This document shows, in pieces, positions 25,536-38,803 of a DNA stretch of 64,000 bases. This stretch comes from Eledone cirrhosa. Its lineage: Eukaryota. The position numbers were made by a program, and so were the translations under genes. Every line of letters begins with the position of its first letter. Position 1 is the first letter of the stretch. The notes under the pieces are model-generated. The model had not been told where the DNA came from, did not search any database, and saw only the letters and a list, made by a program, of their open reading frames with translations. The stretch lies in contig OZ024741.1 in NCBI GenBank assembly GCA_964016885.1, positions 251,844,001 to 251,908,000 of the forward strand, written 5' to 3'.

Positions 25536-27126
25536 GAGGGGCAGTTCTACACCCCAGTCTGAGCAGTGCTTCAGAGAGGGACAGTCACTACACCCCAGTC
25601 TGAGCAGTGTCTCAGTGAGGGACAGTCACTACACCCCAGTTTGAGCAGTGTCTCAGTGAGGGACAGGCACTACACCCCAGTCTGAGCAGTGTCTCAGAGA
25701 GGGACAGTCACTACACCCCAGTCTGAGCAGTGTCTCAGAGAGGGACAGTCACTACACCCCAGTCTGAGCAGTGTCTCAGTGAGGGACAGTCACTACACCC
25801 CAGTCTGAGCAGTGTCTCAGTGAGGGACAGGCACTACACCCCAATCTGAGAAGTGTCTCAGAGAGGGACAGTCACTACACCCCAGTCTGAGCAGTCTCTC
25901 AGTGAGGGACAGGCACTACACCCCAATCTGAGAAGTGTCTCAGAGAGGGACAGTCACTACACCCCAGTCTGAGCAGTGTCTCATAGAGAGACAGTCACTA
26001 CACCCCAGTCTGAGCAGTGTCTCAGAGAGGGACAGTCACTACACCCCAGTCTGAGCAGTGTCTCAGAGAGGGACAGTCACTACACTCCAGTCTGAGCAGT
26101 GTCTCAGTGAGGGACAGTCACTACACCCCAGTCTGAGCAGTGTCTCAGAGAGGGACAGGCACTACACCCCAGTCTGAGCAGTGTCTCAGTGAGGGACAGT
26201 CACTACACCCCAGTCTGAGCAGTGTCTCAGAGAGGGACAGTCACTACACCCCAGTCTGAGCAGTGTCTCAGAAAGGGACAGTCACTACACCCCAGTCTGA
26301 GCAGTGTCTCAGAGAGGGACAGTCACTACACCCCAGTCTGAGCAGTGTCTCAGAGAGGGACAGTCACTACACCCCAGTCTGAGCAGTCTCTCAGAGAGGG
26401 ACAGTCACTACACCCCAGTCTGAGCAGTGTCTCAGTGAGGGACAGTCACTACACCCCAGTCTGAGCAGTGTCTCAGAGAGGGACAGTCACTACACCCCAG
26501 TCTGAGCAGTGTCTCAGAGAGGGACAGTCACTACACCCCAGTCTGAGCAGTGTCTCAGTGAGGGACAGTCACTACACCCCAGTCTGAGCAGTGTCTCAGA
26601 GAGGGACAGTCACTACACCCCATTCTGAGCAGTGTCTCAGAAAGGGACAGTCACTACACCCCATTCTGAGCAGTGTCTCAGAGAGGGACAGTCACTACAC
26701 CCCAGTCTGAGCAGTGTCTCAGAGAGGGACAGTCACTACACCCCAGTCTGAGCAGTGTCTCAGAGAGGGACAGTCACTACACCCCAGTCTGAGCAGTGTC
26801 TCAGAGAGGGACAGTCACTACACCCCAGTCTGAGCAGTGTCTCAGAGAGGGACAGTCACTACACCCCAGTCTGAGCAGTGTCTCAGAAAGGGACAGTCAC
26901 TACACCCCAGTCTGAGCAGTGACTCAGAGAGGGACAGTCACTACACCCCAGTCTGAGCAGTGTCTCATAGAGAGACAGTCACTACACCCCAGTCTGAGCA
27001 GTGTCTCAGAGAGGGACAGTCACTACACCCCAGTCTGAGCAGTGTCTCATAGAGAGACAGTCACTACACCCCAGTCTGAGCAGTGTCTCAGTGAGGGACA
27101 GTCACTACACCCCAGTCTGAGCAGTG
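25536..27126. repeat. Highly homogeneous 41-bp minisatellite (AGAGGGACAGTCACTACACCCCAGTCTGAGCAGTGTCTCAG), ~39 copies
   Basis: Period of 41 counted directly; few variants; internal TCTGAG/CTCAGA hairpin. Confidence 0.97.
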
Positions 27127-27628
27127 CAGCTGCACCACGTGGACAAAACAGTAAAAGTGTTACTGCAGAGAATGGCCAGAGACATCCACTGCAATAGTCT
27201 CAAGGGGCTCCCTTCTCAAGTGGGCTGCTATCTTTCTGACTTCATGGAGACCAAGGATGCCAGAGGTTTTGATAGAGACTTGTGAAAAGTTGTCCTTGCT
27301 TTTCCCCCTTTTTCTTTTTTTTTCTTCTGCCTTTTTTCTTTCTCCTTATTTTCTATGTTTTGCTTTTGCTTGTTAATTATAAGGGATATTAAATAACTTT
27401 AATACATGGATATATTGATATGTATTGATATATACATGGATATATTGATATGTATTGATATATACATGGATATATTGATATATATATATATACATGGATA
27501 TATTGATATGTATATATATACACACTTATTCACATATAGAGATGGCAGCTTTTAAAACTAAAGGGGCTTAATATTCAAAATGTAAATGTGAAATTTTCCA
27601 CAAATTCTTTCTAATGTGATATGATATA

Positions 27629-27801
27629 CGAGGGTTGACTGAAAAGTTCATAGGCTGACTATGAAGGAGTGATACTAGAGCTGTGAAATCTTATTAATAA
27701 CTGCATTGTTTCTTCCCATAAACTATGTTGAAAAATAAACCGAATTTGGTCATTTCATGAAAATATCTTGATCAGCCTATGAAATTTTCTACCGACCCTC
27801 A
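27629..27801. mobile_element. Mariner-like MITE
   Basis: TA|CGAGGGTTGACTGAAAAGTTCATAGGCTGAC ... TCAGCCTATGAAATTTTCTACCGACCCTCA|TA: ~30-bp TIRs with TA TSD. Confidence 0.85.
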
Positions 27802-27930
27802 TAGCTGTGTTCTTTAGGAAGAAGTTGTTGGTAGTAAGTGACAGTTCCACATAGTAACAGCAGATAGTGACAACTTAAATGTTTCAAGTAACCAACACCA
27901 CTTTTATTTGGACAATGGAATGGTGTTTAA

Positions 27931-28140
27931 CCCTTTAGCATTTAAACCGACAGTATCTGGCTAGAATTCTTTCACCTCTTTCTGTTCAAACCAGCTGTAA
28001 CTGGCTACTCATACTGATGTTAAGGCATTGTTCTCAAAATAAATGACATCAAAATCTCATAGATTCAATATTATGTGAGATAAAGACTTTACTATGAAAA
28101 TATAATAGTATATATATAGAGTAATATAAATGCTAAAGGA
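27931..28140 (+). mobile_element. piggyBac-like MITE (TTAA TSD, CCCTTTAGCATTTA TIR)
   Basis: TTAA|CCCTTTAGCATTTA...TAAATGCTAAAGGA|TTAA; homologous copies at 34234, 50445 and 57538. Confidence 0.85.
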
Positions 28141-28871
28141 TTAATTAACTTTAAAAGTAATCTTGGAAAAAAAATATGTGAAAACAAGTATGCAACTTAT
28201 TTGCTAGACCTAAAAATACCTTATATCTGAGTTGAATACGAAGTCAAACATTTTGTATGTAAAATGGATGTAAGTTATACATAAGTACATCAAATAAGTA
28301 AAAATATGACTAATTTTCTGACAAAAAAGACTAAATTTTCCGACATCAATATTTTTTCCAGGGGTGGAAGGGTGCAGCTGCAACCCCACCAATACGCCAC
28401 TATATGAGTATATACATTATATAATCTAATCATTACATTTGCTTTCTTATTTTTAAATATATTCCTCTTCGTTAACCAGGTTCAGAACGTTGGCTTCTGT
28501 AGCAAGGGAGGTAACTATAGCATGATAGAACATTTTCTCTCACTCAGTTTTATGAGAAACAAAATATGATACACTTTCGGTTCCAAAATAATAGGGACGG
28601 GGTTAGAACAAGCGAGTTGGGGTGGGGATCAGTGGACAAGCATGGGAGTTGGAATAAGCGGAAAGAGGTTTTGAAAATTCGGTAATTTTTCTAGGCTGTC
28701 TCTGTTGATAAAAAAAAATATTTCGCAGAGGGTAGATTAGCAAAAATTAATAAGCTGGAGGTGGGGGTGAATAAGAGAGGGCGGGATTTTAAAAAATCTG
28801 AAAAATTTGTAAGCAGAGGAGGGGCAATTTTTTTAGATCTTTTGGGGTCGTTCAGAATAATGGTTTATGAT

Positions 28872-29070
28872 TTAGGCACAAGACTAGCAAATTTTGTAAT
28901 GAGAGGAAAGTCGATTAAATCGACCCCAGTGCGTGACTGGTACTTTATTTTATCGACTCTGTAAGGATGAAAGGTCAAGCTAATCATGGCGGTATTTGAA
29001 CTCAGAACATAAAGGGGCGTAACTCTATGCTGCAAAGTATGTTACCTGACGTTCCACCCATACTGCCAAT
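28872..29070 (-). mobile_element. SINE family B copy
   Basis: GGCACAAG...GTACTTTATTTTATCGAC...AAGGATGAAAGG...TTTGAACTCAGAA...CTGCCAA. Confidence 0.8.
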
Positions 29071-29401
29071 AATAATACACAATGCTCGTACTTAAGTTTT
29101 GGTAGGCCACACCAAATTTGATAATGCCAAGAAAGTAAACTATTTTGTTTTACATTTCACAATCTAACATCTAAATCAGTTAAACACAGAAATTTATCTG
29201 TGCTTTCGGGTGGGCTTTTTTAGCTTTAGGGTGGTTATATATTTTTAATTTAATACCTGTATGTACAACTTTTCAATTCCAATTATTTGCACCAAGCTGA
29301 CTTTGATATGTAAAATTGGAGGTTTGCTGTGTATTCTAAATTTTTTAATATTTATAAATTTTGTGTTTATATATTTGAAATGTTGGATGAAGAAAAACAT
29401 G

Positions 29402-29860
29402 TATTGTATATACTGTTTATACTATTATATAAGCTGAAAAATATATGACAAAAAGCTGAAAAAGATTGTAAAATGGGTGGCTTATATTCAAGGTTAATAT
29501 TTTTGCCGAATTTTATTAACTTCAAATTTCACGTGAATAAGGTATTAAAATATCTTCACTTTGGAAAGATGAATAATATACCGGCTTCCCTTTCGATGTG
29601 AAATTCGTATTTCCTATTGTTTTTTTAAAATATATTTTGAATGAATATGGCCTTCAAAATGGTCAGATATTGATTTTTTAAAAAAAGTCATTACGTAATA
29701 AAGTCGTGAAACAAAAATTATACTCTAAACGACACTTAGAAGATTTTAAATATCAAAATAATAAAACTTTATAAATATATTCTCCACTCATGAGAATTTC
29801 AAAACCTAACTACCTAAATATAATGTGTTGATTACCTGCTTCGACTTATAAATGGGGTTT
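29402..29860 (-). mobile_element. Tc2/pogo-like non-autonomous DNA transposon copy, inverted relative to 36420-36921
   Basis: ~350 bp of reverse-complement similarity, e.g. TCTCCACTCATGAGAATTTCAAAA vs TTTTGAAATTCTCATGAGTGGAGA. Confidence 0.7.
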
Positions 29861-30250
29861 GGATTTTTACCCATTTCTCAAACATGGTGTTGAGACAGAA
29901 AATGAGTTTTTATTTGAGTTCTTACTTTTTAAAAAAAAGTACATTCAGTGTCACGGGCAAAAACAGAATTACTTCCCTTGAGTTGTATTTTTGACGATGA
30001 AGTGACTATTCTGTGTATACTGTGAAAGTTATTGTTTAAACCCCAGGGTGCCAATGATTGAGTAGACTAGAGATCGAAATCGTTCCGTCCATGACTATTC
30101 TGTATTTTAATCTCAGTTACTGTGTATCTAAGACTATAGTGTAATATAATATTAGATATATATTTGAAGGAGGTGGTGGTGGTTGTGTTGATGATGATGG
30201 TGGTGTACAGTTAAATGGACTGAGCCATTAAGACATACATACACACACAT

Positions 30251-30311
<61 letters not shown>

Positions 30312-30320
30312 CAACAGTGA

Positions 30321-30380
30321 CATAAACAGGTACTTAAGTTTTATTGGGTTCTGGACCCCAACTCATTCAGCATGTCATAA
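30321..30380 (-). ncRNA. Degenerate minimal hammerhead-like motif
   Basis: Minus strand: gacatg-CTGAATGA-GTTGGG..CCCAAT-AAAA-C-TTAA-G-TA-cctgtt; one extra core base, GAAA replaced by AAAA. Confidence 0.35.
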
Positions 30381-30726
30381 GAAAAATATTTATTTTTCTT
30401 ATAGTACCTGTTTATGTCACCTTTGTAATTATTTATACTAAACTCATCCTATGGACTGAATGCTCTTACCTTTGGATATTTCTACCAAACTTTTACTACA
30501 GTATATATATTGTAGACTTAAAATATATTGGTGGTAATTGTGGTGGTAGGGGTGTTGGTGGGTGTACCATAAAGTAAAGTACTTTTTAAAGGTTTTTTGG
30601 GTTTTTTTTTTTATAGAAAAAGCGGCAGTTTTGGGCAAGTTGATATCAAACAGGTTAAAAGGGAAACCTCCCTGGCCCTGTTAATTACTACATTTTTGCT
30701 AATTACTACTGGTTAATGCATTATTG

Positions 30727-30890
30727 AGGTGGTGAATTGGCAGAGTCACTAGAACATTGGATATATAAAATATTTTGTGGTATTTGTTCCAGCTCTCTGC
30801 AATCTGAGTTCAAATTCTGCCAAGATCAACTTTACCTTTTATCCTTTCGAGGTCAATAAAAAAAATGTACCAGTCCAGTACTGGGGTTCA
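30727..30890 (+). mobile_element. SINE family B copy
   Basis: GGTGGTGAATTGGCAGAG...CTGAGTTCAAATTCTGCC...CTTTTATCCTTTCGAGGTCAAT...GTACCAG. Confidence 0.8.
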
Positions 30891-31595
30891 TCCTTCCTCT
30901 ATGTCTCTTTCTCACTTCCGCTCTCTCACTTTCTCTCCATCTCTGGAAGAAATCGGGTAGAAAGTAGACGGGCTCCACCAGGTTTTTAAAAAATGCCCAA
31001 GAAATGCTATATATCACTTTGGCACTCCTACAACACCACAAAGAGTTACAGGTCCATCCATATATACATACAATATATTATTGCCTTTATTTTTAACATT
31101 CCAAAATATGACAATGAAAGATCTGCAAAAGGTAACAGCCAAGCCTCCCTTAAACCACACTCTGCCATCTTTAAAAAAAGATGAACATACTGAATAATGT
31201 TGTCTTTAATATACAGAACGGTAGGGAGATCATAGTTTAAATATTTTTGATCGTGGGTCTGCTTGATTGTGGCTGACTAGGGACAAATTAACACCCATAT
31301 ACCAGAAATGATAAAAGCTGTTATAGATAATCTTCTTCAACCCATTCTCTTCTTTTCACTTTCTCGGTGACTGCAATACACTTTCCTTATATCCAGATCT
31401 ACTGCACACTTGCTTCCATGCATCAAAAAAACCATGAATTACTCACTCTTACCCCATATGATACCAATCTACCTGAAACTACTCTTCATTCTATGCTGAA
31501 AACTCGTTTGTTTTAAAGTATTTGTGCTTAAATTTAAACCTTCCATTATGATTTTTTTAAGAGAAAATGTTGTTAAGTTCCAAACTCTAGCTAAA

Positions 31596-32165
31596 TAATT
31601 GTTTCTACTTTCGGCACAAGGCCAACAATTACCCAGTACATTACTGGTACTTTATTTTATCGACCTCGTAAGGATGAAAGGCAAAGTTAACCTTGGAGGG
31701 ATTTGAACTCAGATCGTAAAGGGACGTAACTATGCTGGAAAGCATGTCCAACCCTCTACCAACTCTGCCAATCCACCGCTCTTGCTAAATAATTGTTTCT
31801 ACTTTTGGCACAAGGCCAGCAATTGCCCAGTGTATTACTGGTACTTTATTTTATCGATCCCGTAAGGATGAAAGGCAAAGTTAACCCCGGCGGGATTTTA
31901 ACTCAGAATGGCAAGGACCGTAACTCTAAGCGTCAAAGCATGGCGTCCGACCCTCTACCGATACTGCCAGTCTAATTTAGGCACAAGGCTAACAATTTTG
32001 GAGAGGAAGGAAAAGTCGATTATATGGACAATAGTACTTGACTAGTACTTTATTTTATTGACCTCGGAAGGATAAAAGGCAAAGTTTACCTAGGTGAGAT
32101 TTGAACTCAGAACGTAAAGGACATTCAAAGCATTTTTCTGATGCTCTAAAGACTTTGCCAATCCA
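31596..32165 (-). mobile_element. Three head-to-tail SINE family B copies
   Basis: GGCACAAGGC...TACTTTATTTTAT...GGAT(G)AAAGGCAAAGTT...AACTCAGA...TGCCA occurs three times (starting ~31596, 31791, 31978). Confidence 0.85.
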
Positions 32166-33129
32166 ATATCTCTAACAGCTTAAGAAAGTTAGTTATATTA
32201 CTAAATCCCTCCAAATTCTTGGTTATTTTCAAAATTCATTGAAAATCATAGCCAATTGCTTTCATTAGAAATATAATAATGAAAGGGGACTGAGCCATCC
32301 TTACATCCTTCGGGTGGCCCCTGGGAAAGATTTTGTTATAATGCTTTGCTAATGAGGTTCTGTGTATGAAGAAATATGTTGATGAACAAAAATGACATAC
32401 ATATATACATGATGATGGCTGTAACTCGATTTTGAGTAATGCCATTGCTTGATACTTAAGCATGACATCACAGTTGTGGCTTTTTAGTCCTGCTAGGGAC
32501 ATGTATATGACCAGCAATACCATGTATTGCAAAAATGTAGCATATCAAATTATGCCTCTGCTTCAAGCTTTTTAAGTGAGGAAAGGCTTTGAATGGAGCC
32601 AATCCCACTCACTGAACATCAAATGCATTTATCCAAAAAGAAGAACTGGCCTTCATCATTGGATGTAAATGAAGTTGCAGGTTATATATCAGAGTGTTAA
32701 GATCTTTGGTGAGGATAATTTCTGTTGTTCTTTATATCCGTACAGATATCAGCTGTTTTGGGACATAAGAACTTTGTAGTTAAGTTGTCCACCTAGTGTA
32801 TATATCCATTGACCTAAAGCAGATTTTTTGTCTGAATTCAACTTTGTATTAATCATTATATACCATATTGAATACTGCAAAACATTCTATCCAATGTTCT
32901 ACTGACTCTGCCAACTTGCCACCTCACCAATGCATTTATCATCAATAATTAGCGATAATCCAGTAATTAATAGGATCAGGGAAAGTTGACCTTGGCAGGA
33001 TTTGAACTCAGAGCACAGAGAGTCAAAACGAATGCTGCAAAGCATTCTATTTCACACTCTAACAATTTGTTGCATGGTATTATTTGACTTACACAATATG
33101 TTATTTGACTGATAGCTTTAGTCATTTGA

Positions 33130-33650
33130 ACATGCTGTAAAATGGTTGATGATAGGAAGGGCATCCAGCCATAGAAACCCCACCAAACAAAGGAGCGGAT
33201 GGACCCTTTAGCCATGTCAAGGACATGACAACGTCCTTAGTGTTAGTGAACTACACGATAAATGCACCCAGTACATGCTAAAGGGGTTGGTGATAGGAAG
33301 GGCATCTAGGCATAGAAAACCTGCCAAACATAGGGAGAACCCTTCAGTCATGTCAAGGACATGACAACCTCCATAGTGTTGGTGATCTACAATATAAATG
33401 CACACAGTACATGCTATAGTGATTGGTGATAGGAAGGGCATTCAGCCATAGAAATCTTGCCAGACAAAGGGTTGGAAAGACAGTTGTATCAAAGACATGA
33501 CTATTCTCCTTGGTAGAATGTGAGACATAGATCCCTGGCCTGTCTGGGAGATCAGTGGCTCAGCTTCAATACTGACTTGGTCTATGTAGACCCACCCAAC
33601 CCTTGCTAGCAGGGAAAGCAGATATTAAAATGATGATGATGATGATGGTC
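33130..33650 (+). mobile_element. RTE-like 3' UTR variant with three internal ~140-bp repeats; inverted relative at ~47465-47790
   Basis: GATAGGAAGGGCAT at ~33150, 33292 and 33428; ends CCCTTGCTAGCAGGGAAAG...(ATG)n. Confidence 0.65.
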
Positions 33651-34233
33651 AACATCTCACAGAGCAGAAGTTTCTTATCTGACCTCTGTATTATATCAAC
33701 TCTAATGGTGTTACTCCTTCAATTTTCTTTCTTTTATACATTAATCTTTTTAACAGCAACCTGCTCAAACCTGGCTCTGATTCTATGGAACAAAACCAAC
33801 AATGGAATCCTATTTAAATTATAATCTTCTAAATTAGTTTTATATAGGAACCATAAGTTAAGTTACTATCTTAGTAATTAAATAATTAATAGTTTAGTAA
33901 ATCCCACAGCATTCTTCATTAATTAATTGAAAGAAAGTAGATTTGATAATCCAGTCACAAAAGAGTTAATAACTTACTTACTGTTACATCTAAAGAGAGA
34001 CCTTGAAGAGGCCTTGAAGAGACCTTGAGAGACCTTGAAGAGACCTTGCCATAGCAACATGACCTACTTGAACTACACTAACATATGATAAGTTAAAGTT
34101 TGTTTCAAGCTTAGATGCTCCTTAAGCCATAGCTTATCACATTTTCATGTGTTATATGTATGTATGAACCCCTAACTAATTGTGGAGTCATAAGGACACT
34201 ACAGTGACATATAGTGTTTTGGAGGCATTTAAA

Positions 34234-34437
34234 CCCTTTAGCATTTAAACGGGCTGTATCCAGCCAGAATTCTCTCACCGCTTTCTGTTCAAACTGGCTG
34301 TAACCAGCCGTTCGTACTGATATTAAGGTATTGTTCTCAAAATAAATAATATCAAAATCTCATAGATTTGATATGTGAGGTAAAGCTTTACTGTGAAAAT
34401 ATAACAGTATATATAGAGTAATGTAAATGCTAAAGGG
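34234..34437 (+). mobile_element. piggyBac-like MITE copy
   Basis: CCCTTTAGCATTTA...TAAATGCTAAAGGG|TTAA. Confidence 0.85.
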
Positions 34438-34500
34438 TTAAACATGGTGAAACCTGTCTCTTCTCCAGATCTATACACAGCCTATTTCTTACACTGAAAG

Positions 34501-34540
<40 letters not shown>

Positions 34541-34549
34541 AGAAGAAGA

Positions 34550-34860
34550 ATTGACCCCAGTACTGGACTGGTACTTTTAGTATTGACCCCGAAAAGATGA
34601 AAAGCAAAGCTGACCTCAGTAGGATTTGAAATCAGGGAGCCAGATTGAATACTGCAAAGCATTCTATCCAATGTTCTACTGACTCTGCCAATTTTCCACC
34701 TCAACAATGCATTAATCATCAGTAATTAGCAATAATCCAGTAATTAACACAGTCAGGGATAGTTGACCTTGGCAGGAATTGAACTCAGAGCACAGAGAAC
34801 CAAAACGAATGCTTCAAAGTATTCTATTTGACATTTTTATCACTCTGCCAATTTGCTGCT
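34550..34860 (-). mobile_element. Two adjacent SINE family B fragments
   Basis: GATGAAAAGCAAAGCTGACCTC and GTTGACCTTGGCAGGAATTGAACTCAG cores, each ending CTCTGCCAAT. Confidence 0.7.
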
Positions 34861-36419
34861 TGGTATTATTAGACTGACAATATATAACATAATGCCAATC
34901 AGATGGTAAGTTAGCCCTCTGTTGCAAGTGAGTAGACTGGAGCAATATGAAATGAAGTACCCTACTCTAGGACAAAATGCATCACCCAGTACAGGAATTG
35001 AACCCATAATCTTGTAACTATGAGATCAATACCCTCATCACTAGGTCTCACACTTTCGCCCTAAAACAACAAAGACTCACTTACTTCACATATCAAAAAA
35101 GAAATGTCTTAAACTCTTTATACAGGAAAAACCAGCACCATATTTATTTATAAACTAAATAAGCTACAGCTTATGGCCTTACAACCCACAGGGATCTCTG
35201 AAAAGGTGTATATGTTTTGAATTTTTGTGAGACCTTCTAAAGTAATTTTTTAGAAGAAGCCTCTAAGCTTTATATAGCTTAGAGCCTCACAAAATATAAA
35301 TCTGGCTCAGTGATTAACCGTTTTGATGCCAAACCACCTAAAACTGTCTCTGGTTCTATAATACAAAACTGTTCATTTTTAGAAGTTTATTCTTATATTA
35401 AAACCTTCCACCATAATTTTTTTAGAAATTTTTGTTAAGCAATATCAGCTTACTAATAAAAAAAATTAGTTATTTATTTAAATTCCTTCAAATCTTAGGT
35501 TATTTTCAAAATGAATTGAAAGACAGGTGTGGGTTTATATGAGACCTTGCCAGAAGTATGGAGGCTGTGACATCATGTGAGCAGGAAGGGATTAGTTACA
35601 GGAAGAGGCGTATCTAGGGTATAGCACCCATGGCACGTGCCATGGGTGCCACTTGAAAGGGGGCGCTACCTGGACTAGGAGCACTCTCTAATAAAATCAC
35701 ATAAACTATCGTCAGAAAGTGAAAAAAGAAACTTCTTCAGATGTATGATCTGTCTTTGGTTATTATGGGTGAGAAACACTATGGTGGCTGGATCATTAAA
35801 CCATTTATACAAATTATTAGGCCTCCATAGGTAAAAATACTGTGCTGGGAACTATATGATCACAGAGGCTTACTTCATAGTATTACTTGTCAAATATTTT
35901 ATTAGGGTTTTAATATTTGTCAAAGATCAGTATTACACAGATCACTCCCTTTAGACACACTGACAGTTTTGCCAATACTTTACGTATACATAAGCGTAAA
36001 GGATGCCTGTAGAACAAATGAACCTAAACCCTCATTTATTTAAACTGCGCTGTCAATCCAATTGCCTAACAACTACCATATAGCTTGCTACATGGGCAGG
36101 GGTACAATTTCAATGTTTGCCATAGGCAATATTTTCCCTTGTTACACCTCTGGTGACAGGGCCTGCTTCTTTGACAGTGTTGATCACTTTCTCCTTTTGT
36201 CTGACATAGAGAATTGAAACATCCATGAGTGTGTTTTAGATGGACCCAGTGATTTCTAATCAGACTCTGGGTAGGTAGAGTTTTCACTGATTTATGCCAC
36301 AATGATTAGGACAGGACCAGCAAGGTAAGCAAAGCTATGTCCCCTTCACAATAGGCAGTATATTTAATTAGAAATACAGTAATGGAAGGGTTAAAAAACT
36401 TACATCTCATTACATTAAA

Positions 36420-36921
36420 TTGCGTATATACTTGAATATAAGTTGACCCCCTATGTTATATCTGAAAAAGAGCAAAGACCCAAAGCCTGTGTATAAGCCG
36501 AGGCAGGTAAGCAACACGTTATGTTTAGATGGCGTGGTTTTTGAAATTCTCATGAGTGGAGAATATACTTACGAAGATTTAATATTTTGATATCTAAAAT
36601 GTTTTAAGCGTTATTTAGAGTATAGTTTTTGTTTCACAACTCCATTACATAATGATTTTTTACCAATTTCCAATCGTTTTGAAGGCCATATTCATTCAAA
36701 ACAGATCAAAAACAATAGGAAATACAAATTTCATATGGAAAGAGAAACTGGTGTAAAACTCACTTCCAAAGCGAAAATATTTTAGCACCTCATTTATGTA
36801 AAATTTTGAAGTTGGTGAAAATCTGCAAAATATTAACCTCGAATATAATAAGTTGATCCTCATTTTACCATCGATTTCTTTTGTCACATATTTCTCGGCT
36901 GATTTATGAGTATATATGGTA
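36420..36921 (+). mobile_element. Tc2/pogo-like non-autonomous DNA transposon
   Basis: Degenerate TIRs CGTATATACTTGAATATAAGTTGA ... TCGGCTGATTTATGAGTATATATGGTA. Confidence 0.7.
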
Positions 36922-38008
36922 ATTGCACCACGTTATGTACCTCAATGACCCATCCCCATCTCACTCCCAGCATCTTATGTTTCTGTGTTCAATTCCTGTT
37001 CAAGAATGAACTATATTGTTTCTACAGTTGGCTAACATAAGACCAGCAATTTAAAATGAAGAGGAAAGTTGATTAAATCAACCTCAGTACATTACTGTTA
37101 CTTTATTTTATCAACCATATAAGGATGACAATCAAAGCTAACCTCAGCAGGATTTGAACATCGTGTGAACTTCATTTGTACAGGTAGATGTAATCGGTCA
37201 CCACCCAGTTTTGGTTACCTCATAGATCCCACCCTCATGTAAATATTCAGATTAGGGGTTTGGGTTGAGAATAAAGTCCATCATGCCTCTCACCAGTTTC
37301 ACTGGTCTTGAAAAAAGGGATCAAGGGCACTGCTCTTCCTCCATGTTGGACTAAGCTACTAAAAAGTGTGTGTGTGTGTAGTGAGGGGGTTATTGGCCTC
37401 AGCAATGAGCACCTGTCCCCAACAGCACTTTTGGTCAAGTTTTTTTATTAGTGAAGAAGGAGGCCAAACTCAAGGACCGTGCTGGGTGGTGACACAAACT
37501 CTAGTTATATCCCTAAATACAAGTAATATATTGTGGTACTGGGTTTTTACTAAGTAGTCACCCGATTAGTAATTGGACATGAAAATATAACGATATTTGT
37601 GTGAGTGTATAGAAGTAAATGACCTTCGACCTAGTGTTGGAGCATCTAAATTTGGTTGTTTAGAGGTCAGTGTGTTGGTAACAAAACGTGAAGGATTGAC
37701 AGACAAAATCAGACAAAGAATGGACAGAGAGAGAGAGAGAGAGAAAGAAAAAACAAACATCATCTACTACTTTTCTCTCAGTTGGGCTATTTTAACTGTT
37801 TCAGCTGTATTTACAAACATCATTCTCCTCCTCTTGAAAACCACTGCCTTTGGCATCACCACTGCCTTTGCCATCACCATTGCTACTTCCACTACTATGC
37901 CACAGCCACCACAACAGCACCAGCACTACCAAAACCACCATGACCATCAACATCTTCCCATGGAAACCACCACAATGACCACCACCACCACCAGACCCCA
38001 TACACACG

Positions 38009-38046
<38 letters not shown>

Positions 38047-38114
38047 CAGATACATATATATATATACACACACACACATATATATATATATATACACATA
38101 TATCTCTTTCTCTC

Positions 38115-38205
<91 letters not shown>

Positions 38206-38225
38206 AATATTCTCATAATCAAAAT

Positions 38226-38297
38226 ATATACTTTATTATATATATTTCAAAGGTACTGTGTTGTTTTTTCAGTATGTGCTCATCAGACAAAATATAT
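38226..38297 (-). ncRNA. Minimal type I hammerhead ribozyme motif (intact core, AUA site)
   Basis: Minus strand: ATATATTTTGT-CTGATGA-gcacaTACTG..CAGTAccttt-GAAA-T-ATAT-A-TA-ATAAAGTATAT; 11-bp stem I, palindromic stem III, partly decayed stem II. Confidence 0.7.
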
Positions 38298-38378
38298 GAT
38301 TTGATGATATATATATATATATATATATATATTTGATATATATATACACATACATATATATATGTATATACATATATG

Positions 38379-38416
<38 letters not shown>

Positions 38417-38471
38417 CATATATATATATATATATACATATATACATATACATAAAAATATATATATATAC

Positions 38472-38524
<53 letters not shown>

Positions 38525-38536
38525 CATATATATATA

Positions 38537-38587
<51 letters not shown>

Positions 38588-38596
38588 GCATATATA

Positions 38597-38655
38597 GGAA
38601 CGGGTAGGACCCCGACGGCTGGGCTCAAGCCGTTTCGACGGCTAATTCTGGACTA
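38597..38655 (-). ncRNA. 3' half of a long-stem-III hammerhead motif (GUC site)
   Basis: Minus strand: TAGCCGTC-GAAA-CGGCT-tgagccc-AGCCG-TC-GGGGTCCT; homologous to 59488-59541. Confidence 0.55.
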
Positions 38656-38679
38656 AAAAAATAAAACAAAATAAAAAAG

Positions 38680-38740
<61 letters not shown>

Positions 38741-38743
38741 AAT

Positions 38744-38803
<60 letters not shown>

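Larger units (their letters stand above)
38005..38800. repeat. Compound (TA)n/(TC)n/(TACA)n microsatellite field with short unique islands
   Basis: Directly visible. Confidence 0.95.
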
